From positions 1-45,866 of IMG/VR virus record IMGVR_UViG_3300021082_000048: a DNA stretch of 45,866 bases; one strand, given 5' to 3'. The notes under the pieces are model-generated. The model did no database searches and was not told the origin of the DNA. It was given only the letters and a program-made list of their open reading frames with translations. The stretch's first letter is position 1. Every line of letters starts with the position of its first letter. Below are positions 26,885 to 33,998 of the stretch, piece by piece. The stretch is from a virus. Lineage: Duplodnaviria > Caudoviricetes. The position numbers and the translations under genes were made by a program.

Positions 26885-27041
26885 CAGACGTGCTGAAGCT
26901 GAACGTTTGCTTGAGTTGCTAGTGCTACAACACAATCAAGCAATGAGTTCAAATCTGACTGATGAAGAACGCACACGGGCATTTGTGAGGTACGCCGCTA
27001 CGCGAGAGCAGGTCCTCGAACTGATGGGAGCAGACACATGA
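26877..27041 (+). CDS. Small hypothetical protein (54 aa)
   Basis: Not in ORF track; MANRRAEAERLLELLVLQ...; ATGA overlap with the next gene. Confidence 0.6.
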   Translation: MANRRAEAERLLELLVLQHNQAMSSNLTDEERTRAFVRYAATREQVLELMGADT

Positions 27042-27304
27042 AGAAGCACTGGACTCAAACGACAGCTGGTCGTAAGCGCATAGCAGAGCTAACGCGCGAG
27101 CGCCATGCTGCTAAAAGAAAGGCGATCACTCATGTCCCGAAAGAAGAAGCGCCACTCACCCTCCACACGACGTACCTCTTCGGGAGGGTCGAGACGATCA
27201 TCGAGCTCTACGCAGCAGGGATTGGTCTACCTAAGGCCGCTCTTGCCCGTGGGGTGGGCGAACTACTTCAGCATCAAGCGAGCGGGGCGGTACTGGGGGC
27301 TTAG
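27038..27304 (+). CDS. Basic hypothetical protein
   Basis: MKKHWTQTTAGRKR; GGGAG RBS. Confidence 0.65.
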   Translation: MKKHWTQTTAGRKRIAELTRERHAAKRKAITHVPKEEAPLTLHTTYLFGRVETIIELYAAGIGLPKAALARGVGELLQHQASGAVLGA

Positions 27305-27430
27305 CATTATCTGTCCTCGGTGTGAGGCTGTGCCGCCTGCCAAGCTGTTAGGCGCTCAGCGTTGGCGATGGATCACTGTCCACATGGTGACTGAGTGCAA
27401 GGGAGTGGTTACGATTGGAGAGCTCAAGCC

Positions 27431-27670
27431 ATGACCGAGGATAAACTGGATGACGTAGAGATATACTCAGAGGGGATGTTTCGTATGTCCATCTGTGTCA
27501 TCGACAAGATGCCTAAGGAGGAGGCGCTCGAGTACATCAGGCGTGCCCATCCATCAGGCACTCGGAACAACTGGCAGTTCTGTAGTGACAAGGAGTTTGC
27601 AGCTGGTCTACCCAACCCCTGTCCGTGTGAGAAGCACGAGGGCCGTACGCATTACCTGTTGGAGTGTTGA
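27431..27670 (+). CDS. Hypothetical Cys-containing protein
   Basis: GGAG RBS; PSGTRNNW, PCPC...HYLLEC. Confidence 0.7.
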   Translation: MTEDKLDDVEIYSEGMFRMSICVIDKMPKEEALEYIRRAHPSGTRNNWQFCSDKEFAAGLPNPCPCEKHEGRTHYLLEC

Positions 27671-27671
27671 T

Positions 27672-27830
27672 ATGCCAAACTACGCGCACATGGTAGACGA
27701 CAAGATTTGGAAGTGGTCGGGTGACTACTACTGGGAGGACGGCGAGGGAAACTGGGAAGAGAATGGACCCTATAAAACAAAGGAAGAAGCACTCGCTGCA
27801 TATCTGGAGGCACTACCCGTGGAGAAGTAA
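27672..27830 (+). CDS. Small hypothetical protein
   Basis: GGAG RBS; GPYKTKEEALAA motif common in phage early proteins. Confidence 0.7.
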   Translation: MPNYAHMVDDKIWKWSGDYYWEDGEGNWEENGPYKTKEEALAAYLEALPVEK

Positions 27831-27831
27831 C

Positions 27832-28011
27832 ATGCAAGTAGCATACGTGCGCCCTGTATGGGTAGAGAAGGATGGACTAGTGGATATGCCACTAGATGAT
27901 TGTTCAACAGAGTTCATCAAGCTCGTGGACAAGATCAACGGCCGTTTGCTTACTGATTCAGAATTGAATCACTACATGAAGGAGTTAGAACAATGCCCAA
28001 GTACACCGTAG
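27832..28011 (+). CDS. Small hypothetical protein
   Basis: GGAG RBS, MQVAYVRP start. Confidence 0.65.
   Translation: MQVAYVRPVWVEKDGLVDMPLDDCSTEFIKLVDKINGRLLTDSELNHYMKELEQCPSTP
27954..27971. promoter_or_regulatory. Palindromic site, copy 7 (TGATTCA-GAAT-TGAATCA)
   Basis: Inside a CDS (encodes DSELNH), just upstream of the next RBS. Confidence 0.8.
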
Positions 28012-28205
28012 AAGTTGCCCGCACGGCAGTACATACCACGTCCTTCACGGTCACTGCGAAGGATGACGACGAAGCAACTGAGAAGGCACAAGCACTGTGC
28101 GACCAGGCAGATGAAGGTAACAACTTGCCCAAGGAGTTGGGTGAGTCAGCTGAGTGGACCGAGGACAACACGACCTACGAAATCAATTCAGTAGACGGAG
28201 AGTAA
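27993..28205 (+). CDS. Acidic hypothetical protein
   Basis: AAGGAG RBS; MPKYTVEV...VTAKDDDEA common phage family pattern. Confidence 0.75.
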   Translation: MPKYTVEVARTAVHTTSFTVTAKDDDEATEKAQALCDQADEGNNLPKELGESAEWTEDNTTYEINSVDGE

Positions 28206-28233
28206 CGTGGATGGGGCTGGGTAATATTGGGGG

Positions 28234-28262
28234 TTGACAACTCGGCCAAGATGTGTTATATT
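28234..28262 (+). promoter_or_regulatory. Sigma70-type promoter P5
   Basis: TTGACA-17 bp (CAAGATGTGT end)-TATATT, followed by a 5' hairpin CATCCC-GAAT-GGGATG. Confidence 0.85.
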
Positions 28263-28317
28263 GTGGGACCATCCCGAATGGGATGCCACTGTCAAACCTA
28301 AAAGAAAGGTTGTCCGC

Positions 28318-28746
28318 ATGTCTCGTACCGTCCAAGCCCCAACAGGCGCACGCTTCGATGACGAAGAGGTTCGCACTGCCAAGGGCACCCAGTCACTGGG
28401 ACTCGTGCCGATCCTGGTGTGGGAAGATCACGAAGCTATGGCAGCCCACTACGGTGCACAGGGTCTGCTCGACATGGCTGATGGCACGTCCCTCCGAGTT
28501 TCTTTCCAGTCCATCGCTCGCCGATTCAAGGCGGCAGAAAAGTCCGATGACGAGATTGCCAACGCGCAGATTGCCTATCGTCCCGGCAAGCGCGCCGCAG
28601 GCGTTTCGACACCCGAGTCTCGTGCTGCCAGGTCTGCACGTGCGGCGGTCGAGAAGACTGGCAACAGCGAGGCGATCACTGCACTGCTCGACAAGATTTC
28701 TCGTGGCGAAATCAGCGCAGAAGATCTGGCGCAGCTGACTAGCTAA
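28318..28746 (+). CDS. Hypothetical protein, paralog of 19232-19648
   Basis: GAAAGG RBS; DMADGTSLRVSFQSIAR aligns with EMANGTSGRVRDQEVAR. Confidence 0.85.
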   Translation: MSRTVQAPTGARFDDEEVRTAKGTQSLGLVPILVWEDHEAMAAHYGAQGLLDMADGTSLRVSFQSIARRFKAAEKSDDEIANAQIAYRPGKRAAGVSTPESRAARSARAAVEKTGNSEAITALLDKISRGEISAEDLAQLTS

Positions 28747-28751
28747 GGGGG

Positions 28752-28783
28752 ATGGGCCAGGGGATGGCCGTCCTCTGGCCCAT
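28752..28783 (+). terminator. GC-rich hairpin after the stop (no clear U tract)
   Basis: ATGGGCCAGGGGA / TCCTCTGGCCCAT. Confidence 0.5.
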
Positions 28784-28860
28784 ATGGACACTGCTGGGTG
28801 CCAAAAGATAATGGCTGTTTCTCCGTGGCGATGTGTCTTTTGTGAGGTTCGATTCCTCAA

Positions 28861-29451
28861 GTGTCCCTAGGTATTGCATACATCACAGCTAAACACGCAT
28901 TCTTTGCGGTGTGTGACCAGTTCGTGTGGCCCAAGGATGTGTCTGTAGCGCATGATATGGACTTTGCGTGCGATGCAGTTCGGTTCAGGTTCCAGTTGCA
29001 TAACTATGCTGTCGGCTTTATGCTTGATCGTTATGCTATTGAGAGCATGGGACCACATCAGCTCGCAATGAAGTTGTATTCATTAGTGAAGGACTGTCAT
29101 CACACAATCTGTACACACGCTAGCCACTACTCAACGAAGTCACAGTCAGACTTTGTGATACCAGATGAAATGCTTAAGCAGGGCTTAGCATTTGTTAAGA
29201 TAAAGAATGATGTAGAGAAGGAAAAGAAGTCGATCTATCCAGGTAAGATCTTCTTTGTGGATGATAAGGAAGAAACTGTGATAGTCAAGGGAGCGTTCAA
29301 CAAGCTATTACAACCTGGCTTAAAGGAACAGATACAAAAGGAATTGTTGATAGCGTTCGCAGGTCTGAGTTTAGATAGGCATAAGCTACGCATGAGACAG
29401 TTTAACGATGGGATTCTATTCCCTGAAGAGTGCGAACCAGGAGAAATCTAA
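28861..29451 (+). CDS. Hypothetical protein (relatively AT-rich)
   Basis: 196-codon ORF; TAATG coupling to the next gene. Confidence 0.65.
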   Translation: MSLGIAYITAKHAFFAVCDQFVWPKDVSVAHDMDFACDAVRFRFQLHNYAVGFMLDRYAIESMGPHQLAMKLYSLVKDCHHTICTHASHYSTKSQSDFVIPDEMLKQGLAFVKIKNDVEKEKKSIYPGKIFFVDDKEETVIVKGAFNKLLQPGLKEQIQKELLIAFAGLSLDRHKLRMRQFNDGILFPEECEPGEI

Positions 29452-29717
29452 TGGCTGGTGATGATGGGTACTTGTATCCAGAGAGCTATGCAGCGTTGGC
29501 TAATTCAAGTTTGAATCGCTCATGGTGGCTAGGCAGTGTGCACATGCAGGCTAAGTACGAATCAATTCACGGCGCGGCTAACATGCCAGAGCCACAGCGC
29601 TCACAGCGTAATGCGATCCTTGAGATTGCTTCCAAGCTGTTCGATGCAGCCAGCAAAAGGGAAGCAGCTCAGGCGATTCAAGAATGGAAGGGGTTCTTTA
29701 ATGCCAGCCAGCGATAG
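29451..29717 (+). CDS. Hypothetical protein
   Basis: AGGAG RBS, MAGDDGY start. Confidence 0.65.
   Translation: MAGDDGYLYPESYAALANSSLNRSWWLGSVHMQAKYESIHGAANMPEPQRSQRNAILEIASKLFDAASKREAAQAIQEWKGFFNASQR
29501..29518. promoter_or_regulatory. Palindromic site, variant copy 8 (TAATTCA-AGTT-TGAATCG)
   Basis: One mismatch to consensus; inside a CDS. Confidence 0.6.
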
Positions 29718-30084
29718 TCCGGGTACGGTATTCATCTCGAACATGAATCGAGCACACGACTATGGCAGTGCAACGAAGTACGGTGCTCTACGTCCGGTCA
29801 CCACTGGAAACTACCCAGTGTTCAAGACCAGCAGACTCATTGAAGAGATCATTGATGCCCTCGTGCATTCCGGTCCCGAGGATTACCTACTCCTATCCGG
29901 ATCGTCCACTATTGCGGGTATCTGTCAGGTTGTTTGGATTCAGCTTCACGGTAAGTGTAAGTTTCTGCTCTGGTCGCGAGACGAGGACAGTTACGTTGTC
30001 AGAGTAATCGACAAGCCTGCAATCGTCCTACTGATTGAGGAAACTAAGGATAAGCTTTTTGGCAGACAAAGGGCAGCCGGTTGA
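29701..30084 (+). CDS. Small alpha/beta (Rossmann-like) phage protein
   Basis: VFISN..HDY..A.KYG.L...DYLLLSG...LLW...Y pattern; AAGGGG RBS. Confidence 0.7.
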   Translation: MPASDSPGTVFISNMNRAHDYGSATKYGALRPVTTGNYPVFKTSRLIEEIIDALVHSGPEDYLLLSGSSTIAGICQVVWIQLHGKCKFLLWSRDEDSYVVRVIDKPAIVLLIEETKDKLFGRQRAAG

Positions 30085-30370
30085 GAAGCGAGTGGGATTG
30101 TATGTACTCGTTCCTGCAACCCTGAAGAAGAGATTCGATGAACTATTTATATCGCGAGGAGCAAAGACAAAGCTCATCGTAGCCATGTTACGCTTGGCCG
30201 TCAACGAAGAGGAGGACCGACAAGATGAGCGTATTCGACGTGAGTCACGGGACACTGAAGGAAGTAGCACAGTCGATGCAGGAAGGGAAGAAGATGGCAC
30301 GGTCGCTGGAGAATCTGGCGACAAGTATGATCCCACTGACGGAGGACGAGAAAACACTGGTGATGCTTAA
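30035..30370 (+). CDS. Possible RHH-like protein, boundaries uncertain
   Basis: VGLYVLVPATLKKRFDELFISRGAKTKLIVAMLRLAV; overlaps neighbours. Confidence 0.4.
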   Translation: MRKLRISFLADKGQPVEKRVGLYVLVPATLKKRFDELFISRGAKTKLIVAMLRLAVNEEEDRQDERIRRESRDTEGSSTVDAGREEDGTVAGESGDKYDPTDGGRENTGDA

Positions 30371-30455
30371 CAAGATCGCAGCATGTGGTAACGAGGCAGC
30401 AGAGAAATGTAATCAGATTTACGTCTCGATTGCAAGGGAGGCACTCAAGGAATGA
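30225..30455 (+). CDS. Hypothetical helical protein
   Basis: GAGGAGG RBS; ATGA overlap with the nuclease. Confidence 0.65.
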   Translation: MSVFDVSHGTLKEVAQSMQEGKKMARSLENLATSMIPLTEDEKTLVMLNKIAACGNEAAEKCNQIYVSIAREALKE

Positions 30456-31375
30456 AAATCGACAACTTCGCCATCAGCAACTTCATGGCGTGCCCAGCGA
30501 AGTTCAAGCTGCGGATGATCGACGGATGGACTGCGCGCAGAAGGTCAGCTGCACTGGGCTTTGGCTCGGTGCTGCATGAGGCACTCGCTGCGTGGTATAA
30601 AACTGGCAACCCTGTCAAGGGACTGGAGGCCATCAACGAAAACTGGCCGGATGCACACCCGGTAGATGACTACCGTACGAAGGCCAAGTGTGCTGAGGTG
30701 TTCCTCGCATACGTCAAGCACTACCCCGCTGAGACGTTCAGCATCGTGGGTATGCCTGACACCCCACAGATCGAAGTGACGTTCACACTTGAGACTGGTA
30801 TGTACCTGCCATGTGATTGTGGCTGGGAAGATCACAACAAGTGGGATCGGTACTGCGGTGGATGTGGAAAGGAGAAGGAGCAGATTGAGTATGGCGGAAT
30901 CTTCGATGGACTGGTTGAGTTTGCTAGCAATGTTTATGTACTTGAACATAAGTCGACTAGCCAACTGGGCGCGTACTACTTTAACCAGTTCAAGCCGAAC
31001 AACCAAGTCACTGGCTACACATGGGCTGGAGGTAAGCTCACTGGAGGTCGTGTGGCTGGTGCCATCATCAACGCTATCGGAGTCTACAAGGCAAGTGCCA
31101 CGAAGTTCCTCAGAGAGATTACCACTCGATCGACATTCGAGGTAGACGAGTGGCTGGAGAACTTGTACAATGTCTGCGTTCAAATCAAGGACTGTGAACG
31201 TCGTGGGTACTGGCCGATGTATACTCCCAGCTGCACGCAGTATGGGAAGTGTGAGTACCACGATATCCACGTGCTTGGTCATCCAGTCGAACGCGAGAAG
31301 CGACTCGAGCAAGACTATGTGAAGTCAACATGGTCCTACGAGCATCGTGATCTAGAGGTGCCGGCCAGTGAGTAA
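30452..31375 (+). CDS. PD-(D/E)XK exonuclease, Cas4/RecB-like
   Basis: CPAKF, GSVLHEAL, GIFDGLV, LEHKST, QVTGY, C-terminal CTQYGKCEY. Confidence 0.85.
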   Translation: MKIDNFAISNFMACPAKFKLRMIDGWTARRRSAALGFGSVLHEALAAWYKTGNPVKGLEAINENWPDAHPVDDYRTKAKCAEVFLAYVKHYPAETFSIVGMPDTPQIEVTFTLETGMYLPCDCGWEDHNKWDRYCGGCGKEKEQIEYGGIFDGLVEFASNVYVLEHKSTSQLGAYYFNQFKPNNQVTGYTWAGGKLTGGRVAGAIINAIGVYKASATKFLREITTRSTFEVDEWLENLYNVCVQIKDCERRGYWPMYTPSCTQYGKCEYHDIHVLGHPVEREKRLEQDYVKSTWSYEHRDLEVPASE

Positions 31376-31472
31376 GATTGACTGGTCAAAGGTCGTCACA
31401 GTACTGGTTGTTCTTGTAGTACTTGCGTTGACTACGTATGGTTACGTCGTCTACAAAAGGTCGTTGCCGTAG
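31368..31472 (+). CDS. Small single-TM protein
   Basis: Own translation MSKIDWSKVVTVLVVLVVLALTTYGYVVYKRSLP; GAGGTG RBS. Confidence 0.5.
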   Translation: MSKIDWSKVVTVLVVLVVLALTTYGYVVYKRSLP

Positions 31473-31648
31473 TGTGGTACGTGTACCGGCCACACAACTA
31501 CATTCGTCAGACGTACGGTGAGTACAGGGTACAATGTAGAATCGTGGAACACGAACTCGCAAGTGGCTTTGCGTGTTGCTTCCAACATAAAGAGTATTGG
31601 TTGTGTAGTCAAGTAGCAGTTATCATGAACACTTACAACGGAGGGAGT

Positions 31649-32074
31649 ATGGCGGAACTGAAGGACCTGTTCTATCACGGTCAGATTCAGCAGATCAAGA
31701 GGGTGCTGGACAAGATGACCCCTGATCAGATCGACAAGGGATTGAATTCCTTTGTTGATGGCGACAGCAACTGGTCCCAGTGCTTCTTCGCACAGGCCTT
31801 GGAGATGGACAAGAACTACGACAAGAAGGGCAACGCCGAGTTCTGGGTCATGCGTACGCTGGGACTGGAGAGCATCGTTCCTGTCAGGATTGTGTATAAC
31901 ATCTTCGACGGGGCAGGTGGTAACCTTGGATGGTCGCGACAGAAGCTCGGTGAGTTCTGCTCGAACATCCGAGACGACAAGCGGCCGCAGGAAGTACTCG
32001 ACCTGATCAAGTCGCTCAAGATCGACTGGAACAATGTCGAGGGTCGTGAAATGGTAATGAGCTGCAAGCCGTGA
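31649..32074 (+). CDS. Hypothetical protein
   Basis: AACGGAGGGAG RBS before MAELKDLF; codon bias begins here. Confidence 0.75.
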   Translation: MAELKDLFYHGQIQQIKRVLDKMTPDQIDKGLNSFVDGDSNWSQCFFAQALEMDKNYDKKGNAEFWVMRTLGLESIVPVRIVYNIFDGAGGNLGWSRQKLGEFCSNIRDDKRPQEVLDLIKSLKIDWNNVEGREMVMSCKP

Positions 32075-32460
32075 AGCCGTTCATCGCTCTGATCCAAGCA
32101 GCCTATGAGGCCGAGGATGAAGCTGAAGCCCGGCTCATTGCAGAGCGACTGGTTGATAACGCGAGCCAAGACCTCGAACCAGAAGAAGGGGATGAGGTCT
32201 GGCTCAATCAGCTAGTATGCATCGACGCACAGCAGGTAACTCCGGATGAGTCAGTTGTCCGGTTAAGGGTAGCCCGCAATGCGCTGATCAAGACACGCAA
32301 CCGACGTTGCATCGACCAAGCCCGTGAGTTGGATAAACTCATTTGGCAAATGGTTCACGACAGTCTTGACTCAGACTCACTTGCAGGTTATGATTACACA
32401 GCGTTTCTGGATGTGTGTGAGGCCATACTCGTAAGAAAGGAGAACAACCCGAATGCCTGA
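32071..32460 (+). CDS. Hypothetical protein
   Basis: GTGA overlap. Confidence 0.7.
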   Translation: MKPFIALIQAAYEAEDEAEARLIAERLVDNASQDLEPEEGDEVWLNQLVCIDAQQVTPDESVVRLRVARNALIKTRNRRCIDQARELDKLIWQMVHDSLDSDSLAGYDYTAFLDVCEAILVRKENNPNA

Positions 32461-32650
32461 GAACAAAGAGCCACAAGTCGGGGAGGAAGTCAACTTCAAG
32501 GATGAAGACGACGAGTGGCAGACTACAACGATCACTGCTGTACACGATCAGGACGGCAACAAGTGGGTCGTGGACACTGAGGTCGGTGACACGATGACCG
32601 TCGAGTGGAACGTCGAAGACGAATCTTGGGATGACGTGGAGGCTGTGTAA
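32453..32650 (+). CDS. Very acidic small beta protein
   Basis: AAGGAG RBS; D/E-rich, SH3-like strand pattern. Confidence 0.75.
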   Translation: MPENKEPQVGEEVNFKDEDDEWQTTTITAVHDQDGNKWVVDTEVGDTMTVEWNVEDESWDDVEAV

Positions 32651-32651
32651 G

Positions 32652-33491
32652 ATGCCAAGCACCAAGGACCTTGTACTCGATACTTGCTTGCAGATTATGA
32701 TCTTTGCGCCAAGCAAGGCAGGCAAGTCGTTTGGTGCTTACAGTTTTCCACGGCCAAACGTGCTTGACTTCGACAACGGGATTGCCACTGCACTGAATCC
32801 TGCATTCATCAAGAAGTATGGACGCAGAGATATCATGTACCAGCAGTTCCGTGAGAAGAACATACAAGGAGGAATCGTTCAGGTTCCTCAAGCGTTTGAT
32901 GATGCGTGCAGGTACTTCGATCTGTGTATGCAGCCAGCGAACCGCGACAAGTTTGACACTTGGGTCATTGATTCAGGTACCACACTTGTTGAACTTGCCA
33001 TGAACAAAGCGATCATGGTACTCGGTGGAGCGAACCTATCGAAGACCTTCGAGTCGGCAAAGAAGACTGGCGTCATCATGCTGAAGATGCAGGACTACGG
33101 TAGTGAGCGTAGTCTTACTGAACAGTTCGTGGACATGGTAAAGGGAAGTGGTAAGCATGTGGTGTTCATCTGCCACGAGAAAGAGAAGTACGCTGATGAT
33201 GGACAGACCATTACGGCTAAGGTCCCACTGCTGACAGGCAAGAGCGTTGAAGCCATTAGTCTCAAGTTCGATGAGATATATTACCTCAAGGTAACTGGCA
33301 ACGCACCTGATCAGAAGCGCGTACTTCAGACACAACAGACGGGCCTAGTAAAGTGTGGCTCACGCTACGGGATTCCCGATGGTACCGCGTGGGACTACGA
33401 TAGTATCATGAAGGAGCTGACAGCAATTAGGACTGCGGTTGGTAAGACTGCGGATACTCCCAGTGACACTAAGGTCGCTGGACCAAAGTAG
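32652..33491 (+). CDS. Sak4-like / AAA_24 P-loop ssDNA-annealing protein
   Basis: Walker A APSKAGKS, VLDFDNG, Walker B VIDS, FICHE; between exonuclease and SSB. Confidence 0.8.
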   Translation: MPSTKDLVLDTCLQIMIFAPSKAGKSFGAYSFPRPNVLDFDNGIATALNPAFIKKYGRRDIMYQQFREKNIQGGIVQVPQAFDDACRYFDLCMQPANRDKFDTWVIDSGTTLVELAMNKAIMVLGGANLSKTFESAKKTGVIMLKMQDYGSERSLTEQFVDMVKGSGKHVVFICHEKEKYADDGQTITAKVPLLTGKSVEAISLKFDEIYYLKVTGNAPDQKRVLQTQQTGLVKCGSRYGIPDGTAWDYDSIMKELTAIRTAVGKTADTPSDTKVAGPK

Positions 33492-33529
33492 CCAACCGTT
33501 CACAGGGCGGAAGCCCAAGGAGTAGTACA

Positions 33530-33919
33530 ATGCCTATGATTCAGCCGGACACCAGCGCAGCTACCGAGATGCAGGCCATCGCGCCTGGCACGTACGCTGG
33601 CAAGATTCTCAAGGTGGACTACGGGATGAGCGCCAAGGGGAACCCGATGCTCACCATCACCTACGAGCTGCAGGTGGACGGCAAGGCTCGGGTCCGTAAG
33701 GGGTACCACGTCATCACTGGCGAGGGCGCCTACGGGTTCGACAACCTTCTGCGTAGCACGGGGTTCGATGCTATCGCGGATCAGTACAAGGCGAAGGATG
33801 GGGAGAAGCCCAGCTTCGACACCGATGATCTGATCGGCAAGGAACTTCAGATCGTGATCGACAGCCAGCTCTACAACAACGAGCTGCGCGACCAGATCAA
33901 GTCGTTCCTGAAGGCGTAA
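33530..33919 (+). CDS. Single-stranded DNA-binding protein (DUF669-like OB fold)
   Basis: PGTY...I..V...SAKGNPML...DTDDLIGKEL.I pattern; follows the Sak4-like gene. Confidence 0.75.
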   Translation: MPMIQPDTSAATEMQAIAPGTYAGKILKVDYGMSAKGNPMLTITYELQVDGKARVRKGYHVITGEGAYGFDNLLRSTGFDAIADQYKAKDGEKPSFDTDDLIGKELQIVIDSQLYNNELRDQIKSFLKA

Positions 33920-33933
33920 GGTACGTAGACATT

Positions 33934-33975
33934 GGACGGGTAGCGATTCAGCCTTGAATCACTATCCGTCCTTTG
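33934..33975 (+). terminator. Long hairpin/terminator enclosing a palindromic site
   Basis: GGACGGGTAG...CTATCCGTCC then TTTG. Confidence 0.55.
33944..33961. promoter_or_regulatory. Palindromic site, copy 9 (CGATTCA-GCCT-TGAATCA)
   Basis: 37 bp upstream of the ParB-MTase start. Confidence 0.85.
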
Positions 33976-33998
33976 TCGTATCCTAGAAAGGAAGTAGT

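Noticed and set aside
27105-27434. ORF with CPRC...H...C C-terminus
   Set aside because: The 3' part may be a real small gene, but I could not define a start
30452-31375. CRISPR-associated cas4
   Set aside because: No array or other cas genes; the Sak4/SSB context indicates recombination
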